Assembly (NCBI RefSeq): GCF_963529685.1
Contig: NZ_CAUSAI010000003.1
Coordinates: 7,989-71,988 of the forward strand
DNA length: 64,000 nt
Source: an uncultured Gemella sp.
Lineage (GTDB): Bacteria > Bacillota > Bacilli > Staphylococcales > Gemellaceae
Direction of reading: 5' to 3'
Below are positions 38,939-48,560 of this stretch, piece by piece (the stretch's first letter is position 1; the number at the start of each line of letters is the position of its first letter). The notes beneath the pieces are model-generated. The model did not search any database and had not been told where the DNA came from. It was given only the letters and a program-made list of their open reading frames with translations. The translations under genes and the position numbers were made by a program.

Positions 38939-39868
38939 TTATGCGCCTGTTGGATTAGGCGTTGCTGCTGGGGCAGGAGTTGCAGTAGGATTTGGTGTTT
39001 CTGCTGCTGGGGCAGGTGCTGGTGCAGCTGGTGTTTCTGCTGGCGCAGGGGTTGGCGTTGGATTTGCCGGTGTAGCTGGTGTTTCTGCTGGCGCAGGGGT
39101 TGGTGCTGGATTTGAGTTACTATTCGTATTCGTATTACTTGTATTCGTATTAGTATTCGTATTACTGTTATTAGAATTAGAATTACTATTATTGCTATTA
39201 GTATTAGTATTTGCATTATCTCGTCTATTACTATTTGTAGCATTAGAATTACTATTGTTGTTATTTGCATTAGCAACTGGTGCATTATTATCAGTTCTAG
39301 CACGATTAATATTCTGCTTAGTTTCTTGAGAAACTTGACTTCCAACATTAGTTAAAGCTTTTGTTAATAATTCTAAAATCTCATTTAAATCTCTTTGTTT
39401 TTCAAATAATACATTTTTATTTTCATTGATTAAAGATTGTAAATCAGATAATTCTTTTTTAGCTTTCTCAACTTTTTCATTATCTTTTTTATCTGTATCA
39501 TTTAATGTTAACTTATTAATTTTATCTTTCAAATCATTACTAAGTTTTTCTCGCATTTCTTTAACTGTCTTTTCAAAATCATTTCTTACTTTATCTTTAT
39601 TTTCAGCTGCAATTTCATCTTTATAACCTTGTAATTCTTTAAGTACATTTAGTTTTTTATTAAAATCATTTTCTTTATCAAACTTACTTTTAGCTTCACT
39701 AATAACTTTTTCAAATTTCGATTTACTCTTATTCATTATAAATTTATTTGGTGAAATTTGATATTTTTGGTATGCATATGCTGATAAACCAGCAACTGCA
39801 ATTAAAACTACTGATAGTAGTGCACTTAATAATTTTTTATTCTTTTTCAATTTATTTACCTCTTTCAT
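38939..39868 (-). CDS. secreted or membrane-anchored coiled-coil protein with an Asn/Ser/Thr-rich and Pro/Ala/Thr-rich C-terminus
   Basis: N-terminal hydrophobic segment LLSALLSVVLIAVAGLSAYA, a K/E-rich helical region, then NSN/NTN runs and PAPAETPA repeats. A likelier start is TTG 39850, with AAAGAGGT 7 nt upstream. Confidence 0.6.
   Translation of the reverse strand: MKEVNKLKKNKKLLSALLSVVLIAVAGLSAYAYQKYQISPNKFIMNKSKSKFEKVISEAKSKFDKENDFNKKLNVLKELQGYKDEIAAENKDKVRNDFEKTVKEMREKLSNDLKDKINKLTLNDTDKKDNEKVEKAKKELSDLQSLINENKNVLFEKQRDLNEILELLTKALTNVGSQVSQETKQNINRARTDNNAPVANANNNNSNSNATNSNRRDNANTNTNSNNSNSNSNNSNTNTNTNTSNTNTNSNSNPAPTPAPAETPATPANPTPTPAPAETPAAPAPAPAAETPNPTATPAPAATPNPTGA
39026..39103. repeat. 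30-bp perfect direct repeat at 48-bp period inside the Pro-rich coding region
   Basis: AGCTGGTGTTTCTGCTGGCGCAGGGGTTGG occurs at 39026-39055 and 39074-39103. This is a locally GC-rich segment. Confidence 0.85.
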
Positions 39869-39884
39869 AAAAAATATTTTTATT

Positions 39885-39916
39885 TATGTTTACATAAATT
39901 ATTTTACGTAAACATA
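39885..39916 (-). terminator. 9-bp hairpin downstream of ftsK (GTTTAC-N14-GTAAAC core)
   Basis: TATGTTTAC (39885-39893) pairs with GTAAACATA (39908-39916) around a 14-nt loop. Confidence 0.35.
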
Positions 39917-39991
39917 TAAGTGTTTAAATCTTTTTTTATTATTTTTCAAAATCTTATTATATTTATAATCTGCTACACAAACTTTAATATT

Positions 39992-42289
39992 TTATTCATA
40001 ATCTTCTGCGAATTCTTTTTCTAGAAATACTTTTCTAGGTTTACTTCCATCAACTGGTCCGATATAGCCATCTTCTTCTAACATATCTATTATTCGTGCA
40101 GCTCTATTATACCCTATCTTAAATCTTCTTTGCAATAAAGAGGCGGATGCTTTTTGAGTTTTTGCAATAAATAATAATACTTCTTTATATATTGGATCTA
40201 CTTCATCATCTGATGAAACTCCTCCTTGTGAACTTACTTCACTTGGAGTCATATTCGGATCATATTGTGCTTCTGATTGGTTTTTAACATAATCAACAAC
40301 TTTTTCTACTTCCTCATCTGAAAGGAACGCACCTTGAATACGTACCGGTTTACTTGAATCAGCAGATAAATAAAGCATATCCCCTTTTCCTAATAATGTT
40401 TCCGCACCTGATTTATCTAATATTGTTCTTGAGTCAATACTTGAACTTACAGCAAATGCTATTCTTGATGGAATATTGGTTTTAATTACTCCTGTTATTA
40501 CATCTACTGATGGTCTTTGTGTGGCTATAATCATATGTATTCCTGCTGCACGAGCTTTTTGTGCTATACGAGCAATTGATTCTTCAACTTCTTTAGATGA
40601 TACCATCATTAAATCAGCTAACTCATCAATTATAACAACTATGTACGGCAGTTCTTTATAATCAGAATCTTTTGCTGCAATTTTGTTATAACCTTCCATA
40701 TTTCTAACACGAGCTCTAGCAAACTCTCTATACCTATTTTCCATCTCTAACACTACTTTATGAAGTACATCTGCCGCTTTTATTGGATCTGTAACTACCG
40801 AAGTAAGAAGATGTGGTATACCATCATAAATAGATAATTCTACCATTTTTGGATCAATCATAATTAATTTAACTTTATCTGGTTTATTTTTTAATAAAAT
40901 ACTAGTAATAATAGTATTTACACACACAGATTTACCACTTCCTGTAGATCCAGCTATTAGTAAATGTGGTGTTTTATCGATTCTTGTAAATATTGATTCT
41001 CCTGATACATCCTTACCTAATGTGACAGATAAAGGAGAATTATCTTCATCATTTACAAATACTTCTTTCATTGTAACTAATTCATTAACAGTATTAGGAA
41101 TTTCAATACCAATTAATGACTTACCTGGTATCGGAGCTTCTATACGTACATCTTTAGCTGCTAAATTCAATGCAATATCATTACTTAAATTTACAATTTT
41201 ACTTACCTTTGTTCCAGGAGTTGGTAATATTTGGAATTGAGTAATTGATGGTCCTACAATCGCCTTAACAATCTTGACTTCTATACCAAAGTTATTAAAA
41301 GTACTTTGAAGGATTTTTGATTTCTTAACTACATCGCCTTTTGTAATAGTTTGTTTTTTCACTGGATTATTTAGCAATGTAACCGGTGGAAGTTGGTAAT
41401 TATCATAAGATTCTTCTGATTTTAAATCATTTACAACTTCTTCAATTTCACTATTATTTACTCTAGATTTCTTTTGTTTTCTTGTAGATTTTTGGATGAA
41501 TTGCTCATCATCATTTACTTCGTCTTCTTTAAATTCTCTAATATCAACTACTAAATCTTTGTCTTTAATATTATTATATCTTTTCTCATTTGAATTTTCT
41601 TGTTCAATATCTACAGTAGAATATTCATCATAGGTAATATCGTCTTCATAATACTCTGTTGTATCTTCTACATATTCATTTTTATCAAAAGCATTAACAA
41701 TATAATACTTCAGTTTTAAAACAAATGTTCTATGATTTATATTGAAGTATAAGAAAATCATAGTTATTATCGCTGAAATAATAACAAGTAACGATCCATA
41801 ATATGATAATAAATAAATTAAAAGTTTCACCGGATAATAGGCTACTATTCCTCCGCCATATCTAGAAATACTATTAGTATATATATCATTAAAAGTTATA
41901 AAACTATTACTACTTACAAAAGTTAATTGAAATAAGAAGTCTATAAGTATCAATAAAATACTAACAACAATAGGACTTTTTAACTTTTTATTAATAATAT
42001 AATATATCGGAGTTGCTATTATAATTATATAAAGAATATAGCTAAAACTACCAAATAAATATTTAAATAGTGAATCAAAAAATTTTCCAATAAAGCCCAT
42101 TTGTAAAATAGATAATATTACTATAAGAACAGAAATTACAAAATATAAGCCTCTATATGTTTCCTTAGTAAATATAGGAATTACATTATTTTTTGAAGAT
42201 TTTTTTGATGGAGACTTCTTACTAATGTCTTTATTACTTTTTTTATTTTTTGTAGTTTTTTTAGTGCTTTTTGATTTTTTATTGCTCAA
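39992..42289 (-). CDS. ftsK: DNA translocase FtsK/SpoIIIE
   Basis: N-terminal TM segments, Walker A GSTGSGKS, IIDELADLMM, ATQRPS and a C-terminal gamma winged-helix domain (LLQRRFKIGYNRAARII). TTG start with AAAGGAGAGAAGG upstream. Confidence 0.93.
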   Translation of the reverse strand: MSNKKSKSTKKTTKNKKSNKDISKKSPSKKSSKNNVIPIFTKETYRGLYFVISVLIVILSILQMGFIGKFFDSLFKYLFGSFSYILYIIIIATPIYYIINKKLKSPIVVSILLILIDFLFQLTFVSSNSFITFNDIYTNSISRYGGGIVAYYPVKLLIYLLSYYGSLLVIISAIITMIFLYFNINHRTFVLKLKYYIVNAFDKNEYVEDTTEYYEDDITYDEYSTVDIEQENSNEKRYNNIKDKDLVVDIREFKEDEVNDDEQFIQKSTRKQKKSRVNNSEIEEVVNDLKSEESYDNYQLPPVTLLNNPVKKQTITKGDVVKKSKILQSTFNNFGIEVKIVKAIVGPSITQFQILPTPGTKVSKIVNLSNDIALNLAAKDVRIEAPIPGKSLIGIEIPNTVNELVTMKEVFVNDEDNSPLSVTLGKDVSGESIFTRIDKTPHLLIAGSTGSGKSVCVNTIITSILLKNKPDKVKLIMIDPKMVELSIYDGIPHLLTSVVTDPIKAADVLHKVVLEMENRYREFARARVRNMEGYNKIAAKDSDYKELPYIVVIIDELADLMMVSSKEVEESIARIAQKARAAGIHMIIATQRPSVDVITGVIKTNIPSRIAFAVSSSIDSRTILDKSGAETLLGKGDMLYLSADSSKPVRIQGAFLSDEEVEKVVDYVKNQSEAQYDPNMTPSEVSSQGGVSSDDEVDPIYKEVLLFIAKTQKASASLLQRRFKIGYNRAARIIDMLEEDGYIGPVDGSKPRKVFLEKEFAEDYE

Positions 42290-42302
42290 CCTTCTCTCCT
42301 TT

Positions 42303-42515
42303 CTAGTCTTCTTCTACATAAACTGCCTCTGTAGGACAGTTTTCTTGTGCTTCGAGAACTAAACTATAATACTTTTCTAAAATTTCATCTTTCATTTCAT
42401 TATTATCTACAATACAATAAGCAATTCCATCCTCATCATAATCATAGACATCTGGACATATCGCATTACAATTACCGCATGCAATACAATCTTCTCGAAT
42501 TATTTTAGTTTTCAT
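42303..42515 (-). CDS. fdx: 4Fe-4S ferredoxin
   Basis: 70 aa with CIACGNCNAICP and a distal CP motif. Confidence 0.85.
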   Translation of the reverse strand: MKTKIIREDCIACGNCNAICPDVYDYDEDGIAYCIVDNNEMKDEILEKYYSLVLEAQENCPTEAVYVEED

Positions 42516-43089
42516 AATTTTCTTCTTTCAAATACTTTGAAAATTTTTCTAAAGACTCTTTCCTATGGCTAATGCTATTTTTTTGTTCTGGAGTTAATTC
42601 AGCAAAAGTTTTTTCTAAACTTGGTACATAAAAGATAGGATCATAACCGAATCCATTATTTCCTCTTTTTTCAAATATTATTTCACCGTGACATTCACCT
42701 CTAAAAGTTATTTCACTACCGTCTGGTCTAACAAGAGCTATTACAGAAACGAATTTAGCCTCAGACTTCTCACCATTTAGTTCCAATAAAACTTTTTCAA
42801 TATTTTTTTCATCAGTTTGTTCTTTGGAATATCTTGCAGAATAAACACCCGGTCTGCCATCTAAAAGAGCTACACTCAGTCCACTATCATCAGCAATTGC
42901 AGCTTTACCAGAGTATTCTGCAATTGTTCTTGCTTTTATTAAAGCATTTTCCTCAAATGTAGTACCATCTTCAATTATATCTTCATAATAGCCGATATCT
43001 TTAAGCGTTAAAATTTTATAATCATCTAAAATACTTTTAATTTCTTCAACTTTATGAGCATTATTAGATGCTAATATTAGTTCTTTCAT
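42505..43089 (-). CDS. rdgB: dITP/XTP pyrophosphatase (Ham1/RdgB)
   Basis: ASNNAHKVEEI, DDSGL and GFGYDPIF motifs. Adjacent to murI. Confidence 0.9.
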   Translation of the reverse strand: MKELILASNNAHKVEEIKSILDDYKILTLKDIGYYEDIIEDGTTFEENALIKARTIAEYSGKAAIADDSGLSVALLDGRPGVYSARYSKEQTDEKNIEKVLLELNGEKSEAKFVSVIALVRPDGSEITFRGECHGEIIFEKRGNNGFGYDPIFYVPSLEKTFAELTPEQKNSISHRKESLEKFSKYLKEENYEN

Positions 43090-43099
43090 TTATTTTCTC

Positions 43100-43894
43100 C
43101 TATATTTCAATAACTTCTGCATTGATTTCTTTATTTAACCACTTAGAAGCAATATTATTAAAATTATCACTATGTTGTGAGATGAAAAATTTATGATCTT
43201 TTTTATTAAACTTCTTCTGATGAAGTTTTGCATATCCTAATACTGTACTTACTTCTCGCGCTGCTTCTCTACCAGAAGATATAACCTTAATGTTATTTCC
43301 ATAGTATTCTTCAATATCTTTTTTTAATATAGGATAGTGTGTACAGCCTAAAACTACAGTATCAACACCTAAAGTATTCGTATTTTCTAATGTTTCTTTA
43401 ATCATTCGTCGTGTTGCCTCTTTATCAAGATTACCTTCTGTCTCTATAAATGGGACAAACATTGGACAAGCTTTATCAAAGACAATAATATCAGAATTTA
43501 TGTTTTCTATTTCTAGATCATAAACTTTTGAATTTGCTGTAAATTTAGTTCCTAAAACAAGTACTTTTTTATTTTCTGTTGCTTGAATAGCACGTCTTGC
43601 ACCTGGTTGAACAACTCCTATTATTGGTACATCATATTTACCTTGTAAATATTCTAACGCAGCGGCTGTGGCTGTATTACACGCTAGGACTATCATCTTA
43701 ACACCTTTATTTATCAAGAATTTCACTGCTCTATCCGTATTTACTATTATCTCTTCCTTATTTTTATCTCCATATGGACAGTTTTTAACATCTCCGAAAT
43801 AATAAATAGTTTCGTTAGGTAATTGTCTCATAATTTCACGAGCAACTGTTAAACCACCTACTCCACTATCAAATACTCCTATTGCATTATTCAT
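43100..43894 (-). CDS. murI: glutamate racemase
   Basis: IGVFDSGVGGLTV, LACNTATA and LGCTHYP motifs. Confidence 0.93.
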   Translation of the reverse strand: MNNAIGVFDSGVGGLTVAREIMRQLPNETIYYFGDVKNCPYGDKNKEEIIVNTDRAVKFLINKGVKMIVLACNTATAAALEYLQGKYDVPIIGVVQPGARRAIQATENKKVLVLGTKFTANSKVYDLEIENINSDIIVFDKACPMFVPFIETEGNLDKEATRRMIKETLENTNTLGVDTVVLGCTHYPILKKDIEEYYGNNIKVISSGREAAREVSTVLGYAKLHQKKFNKKDHKFFISQHSDNFNNIASKWLNKEINAEVIEI

Positions 43895-43908
43895 ATAAAG
43901 CCTCTTTC

Positions 43909-44640
43909 TTAATTAGAACTAAGCATTTCTTCAAGTTCTAATATTTTAGTATAAGATTTAGTTTCTATTCCTATGAATTCTTTAAATAAAATATTTAAGA
44001 AAGAAAATAGGCGAAGTAAATCTTTATTATCAATTTCTAAACCTTCTAAAAAGTTTATATTTTTAACAGTCATATAATATGTCAGTTTTACTAAAGAATC
44101 ATTTAATCCATATACACTTTGATCTATGTTAAATTTATCCACAAAACTACTCTTAAAAAAACTATAACCAATATAACTATACTCTGTTTTTTGATATTTA
44201 AACATGAATCCTTGTTCTTTTAATATTTGACATAAATAATAATTTAAAACTAGCTTTTCCGAAATATCATCTTCTATTTTTTCTAAACATAGTTTTAGTA
44301 ACTTATACATATTAATAGAACTATCATTAATTAAGTTAACATACTCTAACATATTCGATACATAACTATTTTTCAAAATATCATAAACTATATTAGTATA
44401 TGTATTTTCAATTTCTAAATTTGTTATTTTATTCATACCATTTGTAGGAAAGAAATTTATTGATACTTCATAAGGTGTGCTAACTTTTATTTTCTTTTTA
44501 CTTTTATGTACATTCTCATAAAAGAAACTCTCTATATTTCCATGTTTTGTCAATACATGTAGTATTTCATGATAATCTTTATATCTTATTTTTTTTATTA
44601 TAATTCCTGTTACGTAGTTTCTATTAGTCAAAGATATCAT
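43909..44640 (-). CDS. recO: DNA repair protein RecO
   Basis: Immediately downstream of, and overlapping, era, as in the conserved era-recO order. 243 aa with an OB-fold N-terminus. Confidence 0.78.
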   Translation of the reverse strand: MISLTNRNYVTGIIIKKIRYKDYHEILHVLTKHGNIESFFYENVHKSKKKIKVSTPYEVSINFFPTNGMNKITNLEIENTYTNIVYDILKNSYVSNMLEYVNLINDSSINMYKLLKLCLEKIEDDISEKLVLNYYLCQILKEQGFMFKYQKTEYSYIGYSFFKSSFVDKFNIDQSVYGLNDSLVKLTYYMTVKNINFLEGLEIDNKDLLRLFSFLNILFKEFIGIETKSYTKILELEEMLSSN

Positions 44641-45532
44641 CCCTATAACCTAAATCACGAATTTGATTTGGTTTTGATCTCCAATTATCAATCACTTTGA
44701 CCCAAAGTTCTAAAAATACTTTTTCCCCAAGAAGAACTTCAATATCTTTTCTTGCTCTTGAGCCTATTTCTTTAATCATTTTACCTTGTTTACCAATAAT
44801 CATACCTTTTTGTGATTTTCTTTCAACAACAATAGTAGCGATGATATTTTTCTTTTTGCCTGGTTGTTTTTCAATTCTATCAATAACAACGGCAATTGAA
44901 TGTGGAATTTCTTGTTCTGTTAATTGTAATACTTTTTCTCGTATAAATTCCGAAATTACAAAATATTCAGGTGAATCAGTTATCACGTCATCAGGATACA
45001 TTTTATAACTTGGTTGTAAGTATTTTTTAGTTGTATTTAATAGATTATCAACATTTATTGATTTAAGCGCAGAAATCGGAACTATTTCCACAAAGTCATA
45101 CAAATCTTTGTAAAATTCAATTATTTGAATTAATTGTTCAGGTGAAATTAAATCGATTTTATTAATCAATAGAAACGTTGGAACTTTTAACTCTTTAACA
45201 ATATTAATCAGATGTTGATCTCCAGGTCCAAATTTTTCACTAGCATTAATGATTAGATATACTATCTCTGACTCCTGTATTGCACTACTAGCAAGTTTCA
45301 TCATATAGTCACCTAGTCTATGTTTTGGTTTATGAATACCAGGTGTATCTATAAATACGATTTGAGAATCATTGTCTGTATAAACACCATTAATAATATT
45401 TCTAGTAGTTTGTGGTTTATCAGACATAATTGCAATTTTTTGTTGTAATATGTTGTTTAATAGCGTTGATTTACCGGCATTAGGTCTACCTATAATTGTG
45501 ACAAAACCCGTTTTAATTTGTTCTTCAAACAT
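44624..45532 (-). CDS. era: GTPase Era
   Basis: G1 [10 protein letters not shown]3 DTPG, G4 NKID and a C-terminal KH domain. Confidence 0.95.
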   Translation of the reverse strand: MFEEQIKTGFVTIIGRPNAGKSTLLNNILQQKIAIMSDKPQTTRNIINGVYTDNDSQIVFIDTPGIHKPKHRLGDYMMKLASSAIQESEIVYLIINASEKFGPGDQHLINIVKELKVPTFLLINKIDLISPEQLIQIIEFYKDLYDFVEIVPISALKSINVDNLLNTTKKYLQPSYKMYPDDVITDSPEYFVISEFIREKVLQLTEQEIPHSIAVVIDRIEKQPGKKKNIIATIVVERKSQKGMIIGKQGKMIKEIGSRARKDIEVLLGEKVFLELWVKVIDNWRSKPNQIRDLGYRDDIFD

Positions 45533-45534
45533 GC

Positions 45535-46008
45535 TTATCTCCTTAAACCAAATTTCTCTAAGATTTCATCTTGTTTAGCAAACATTTCTTTTTCATCTTC
45601 TTCAGTCATGTGATCATATCCTAATAGGTGTAGAAATCCATGGACAGCAAGAAAACCTATTTCTCTATCGAAACTATGTTCATACTCTTTAGCCTGTTCA
45701 TGTGCAATGTCAACACAGATAATTACATCTCCAATTGAATTAATTTCATCTTCAAGACCAATAATATCAATTTCATCTTCGACTTCATCGTTTAATGCAA
45801 AAGAAATAACATCAGTAGGAACATCTTTTCCTCTATAATCACGATTAATTTCTTGTATTTCATCTTTACTTACAAAAGACAATGACATCTCAGTAATTTC
45901 AGTATCAACATTTTCATACTCGGCAGCACATTCCAATAATTTTAGTAACATCTCTTTAGTACTGTCTTCAACTAAGTTATTATCATCTATAATATCAACA
46001 AATGTCAT
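45535..46008 (-). CDS. ybeY: rRNA maturation endoribonuclease YbeY
   Basis: [11 protein letters not shown] zinc motif. 157 aa. Confidence 0.92.
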   Translation of the reverse strand: MTFVDIIDDNNLVEDSTKEMLLKLLECAAEYENVDTEITEMSLSFVSKDEIQEINRDYRGKDVPTDVISFALNDEVEDEIDIIGLEDEINSIGDVIICVDIAHEQAKEYEHSFDREIGFLAVHGFLHLLGYDHMTEEDEKEMFAKQDEILEKFGLRR

Positions 46009-46036
46009 GTTTATCTCCTTTTATATTCTTGTAAAT

Positions 46037-46189
46037 AGGTAGTGACTTATATATCGTGTTTTCGAAGAAATCGATGTCGAGTCACACCTCAGAAAATTTA
46101 TTAGATATCTAAAAACCTTTTTTTGAAAAAATTAGATATCAATAAATCACGGTATCTATATGTTCTTAATATATTTTTGGGGATAACCC
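46037..46189 (-). repeat. dispersed modular repeat, copy 4 (degenerate)
   Basis: AGGTAGTGACTTATATATCG...CGATGTCGAGTCACACCT hairpin, then TTATTAGATATCTAAAAA..TTAGATATCAATAAATCACGGTATCTATATG...GGGGATAACCC. Confidence 0.8.
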
Positions 46190-46204
46190 AAAATAATCCG
46201 CATA

Positions 46205-46678
46205 TTACTGTAATTTATTAAAATTTTGTTGTCTTAATGCTTCATAAATTACTAAAGCAGCAGTATTCGACAAGTTTAATGAACGAACATTTTCACTCAT
46301 TGGAATACGTAATGCTTGTTCACTATATTTTTCTCTAAAATCTTTGGGTAGTCCTTTTGTTTCTCTTCCAAAAATAAAGTAAATATCTTCATTATTTTCA
46401 TTTGAAAAATCAAAATCACAGTAATTTTTTGAACCAAATTTAGTGATTAAAAAATAATTCTTATCATTTGTAGCTTCCAAAAATTCATCAAAACTATCCC
46501 ACACAACTAAATCTAAATTATCCCAATAATCTAAACCGGCTCTTTTAACATGCTTATCATCAATTGAAAAACCCAATGGTCTTATTAAGTGTAATCTTGT
46601 ATTAGTTCCCACGCACGTACGAGCAATATTTCCAGTATTAGCCGGGATTTCTGGTTGGAATAAAACTATATTATTCAT
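46205..46678 (-). CDS. trmL: tRNA (cytidine/uridine34-2'-O)-methyltransferase TrmL (SpoU family)
   Basis: 157 aa SPOUT fold: PANTGNIARTC..., FGRETKGLP and LNLSNTAALVIYEALRQ. Confidence 0.85.
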   Translation of the reverse strand: MNNIVLFQPEIPANTGNIARTCVGTNTRLHLIRPLGFSIDDKHVKRAGLDYWDNLDLVVWDSFDEFLEATNDKNYFLITKFGSKNYCDFDFSNENNEDIYFIFGRETKGLPKDFREKYSEQALRIPMSENVRSLNLSNTAALVIYEALRQQNFNKLQ

Positions 46679-46686
46679 AAAATATT

Positions 46687-48039
46687 CTAGAACGGAAGTT
46701 TGCCGCCAAACATTCTTCCTAGACCCTTTCTCTTAGATTTGTCATTCATAAGCCCACCAAATTGCTTCATCATTTTTCTCATTTCCTCAAACTGTTTAAT
46801 AAGTTTATGAACTTCATTTATAGGACGTCCACTACCTTGGGCAATACGTTTTCTACGTGGAACACTAATAATATCAGGATTTTGTCTTTCTTCAATAGTC
46901 ATCGATTTAATAATTGCCTCAATATAGACAAATTGTCTTTCGTCAACTGCATCTAAATTCATATTTTTAAGTTTACCCATACCTGGAATCATCCCAAGTA
47001 TATCTTTAAGACTTCCTAGTTTTTTTACTTGTTCTAACTGAGTCAGAAAATCCTCAAAAGTAAAACTTTGATTTAGAATTTTTTCTTGCATTTTTTTTGC
47101 TTCATCTTCATCTATTGACGCTTGAGCTTTTTCAATTAGTGTAAGTACATCACCCATACCTAAGATACGAGATGCCATACGTTCAGGGTGGAACAACTCT
47201 AAGTCATTCATTTTTTCACCCATACCCACTAATTTAATAGGTTTTCCTGTGATAGATTTAATAGATAATGCAGCCCCACCACGTGTGTCTCCGTCTAATT
47301 TAGTAAGTACTAATCCTGTTATATCAAGTTGTTCGTCAAATGATGTAGCAATATTAACCGCTTCTTGTCCTATCATTGCATCAACAACAAGTAAAATTTC
47401 ATCTGGCGTTGTAGCAGCTTTAATATTTTTCAACTCATCCATTAATAATTCATCAATGTGAAGACGCCCTGCAGTATCAATAATTACATAGTTAAAATAA
47501 TTTTCTTTTGCAAATTCTAACCCATCTTTAACAATATCCACTGGATCTTTATCAACATAAAAAACTTCAATATCAAGCTGCTTCCCTAATGTTTTTAATT
47601 GTTGAACCGCAGCTGGTCTATATACGTCTGCAGCAATAAGAAGCGGTTTTTTCTTCATAGTTTTTTTCACTTTTAACGCTAGTTTCCCTGCAGTAGTAGT
47701 TTTACCAGCCCCTTGAAGACCAACCATCATCACAGTTGTAATTTTACCGCCTTGATTTAATTCAACATTAGAACCACCCAGTAATTCAACAAGTTCTTCA
47801 TTAACAATTTTTACTATTTGTTGTGCTGGAGTTAATGATTTCATAACTTCAGTTCCAACAGCTCTTTCGCTAATTTTCTTTACGAATTCTTTTACTACTT
47901 TAAAGTTAACGTCCGCTTCTAATAAAGCTAATCTAACCTCACGCATCATCTCTTTAACATCTGCTTCAGAGACTTTACCTTTCCCAGTAAGTTTAGCTAT
48001 TGTATTTTGTAATCTTTCCGATAAATTCTCAAATGCCAT
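46687..48039 (-). CDS. ffh: signal recognition particle protein Ffh
   Basis: GLQGAGKTTT, DTAGR, TKLDGD and a Met-rich M domain. Confidence 0.96.
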   Translation of the reverse strand: MAFENLSERLQNTIAKLTGKGKVSEADVKEMMREVRLALLEADVNFKVVKEFVKKISERAVGTEVMKSLTPAQQIVKIVNEELVELLGGSNVELNQGGKITTVMMVGLQGAGKTTTAGKLALKVKKTMKKKPLLIAADVYRPAAVQQLKTLGKQLDIEVFYVDKDPVDIVKDGLEFAKENYFNYVIIDTAGRLHIDELLMDELKNIKAATTPDEILLVVDAMIGQEAVNIATSFDEQLDITGLVLTKLDGDTRGGAALSIKSITGKPIKLVGMGEKMNDLELFHPERMASRILGMGDVLTLIEKAQASIDEDEAKKMQEKILNQSFTFEDFLTQLEQVKKLGSLKDILGMIPGMGKLKNMNLDAVDERQFVYIEAIIKSMTIEERQNPDIISVPRRKRIAQGSGRPINEVHKLIKQFEEMRKMMKQFGGLMNDKSKRKGLGRMFGGKLPF

Positions 48040-48049
48040 ACAAGCTCTC

Positions 48050-48373
48050 CTAATTTTCTAGTTTTATCAATTCCTCAACATACGTTAATACTTCTGTATC
48101 TACGGTTGATTTTTTTATTTCATTAAGTAAAAACAATCTTTGATTGTTTAATTTTATTAAATTTAACTTTTCTTCAAACTGCTCTAATTCTACTATCGTT
48201 CTCTTAATATTATTTGATACAGCTTGTTTTGATATATTATAATTCTCAGAAATCTCTGTAAGTGATAGATCATTGAAATAATAATCATCTAAATATTGCT
48301 TTTGTTTATCACTTAGTAATTCAGAGTAAAAATCATAGAGTTGTGAAATTTTTATAACTTGTTCTATTTCCAC
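48050..48373 (-). CDS. ylxM: YlxM (UPF0122) putative HTH protein
   Basis: 107 aa directly upstream of ffh. LSLTEISENYNISKQAVSNNIKR HTH motif. GTG start with GGAGG upstream. Confidence 0.85.
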   Translation of the reverse strand: MEIEQVIKISQLYDFYSELLSDKQKQYLDDYYFNDLSLTEISENYNISKQAVSNNIKRTIVELEQFEEKLNLIKLNNQRLFLLNEIKKSTVDTEVLTYVEELIKLEN

Positions 48374-48468
48374 AATCTTCCTCCAGTCATTTAAGTATAA
48401 TTCTACATCTCTTTATTATACGATAAAATCGCGTTTTTTTCAAATTTTTATCGCTTTTTTCAAAAATA

Positions 48469-48504
48469 AAATCAACTCACATAGCTATACTAGTAAGTTG
48501 ATTT
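48469..48504 (-). terminator. intrinsic terminator after priA
   Basis: AAATCAACT pairs with AGTTGATTT. TATTTTTG follows on the - strand. Confidence 0.5.
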
Positions 48505-48560
48505 CATTAGTACATAATATTCTTTTTTAATGAAATATCCGTACAATTAAATTTGAAAAT

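Noticed and set aside
38935-39348. 137-aa alternative-frame ORF (Q/H/I/L-rich) overlapping the 3' part of gene 38939-39868. Similar + strand ORFs occur at 62842-63135 and 62939-63145 inside the LPXTG gene, and at 24537-24776 inside the Shr-like gene.
   Set aside because: These are artefacts of repetitive, low-complexity coding DNA staying open in several frames. The frames chosen instead have signal peptides, sorting signals and RBSs.
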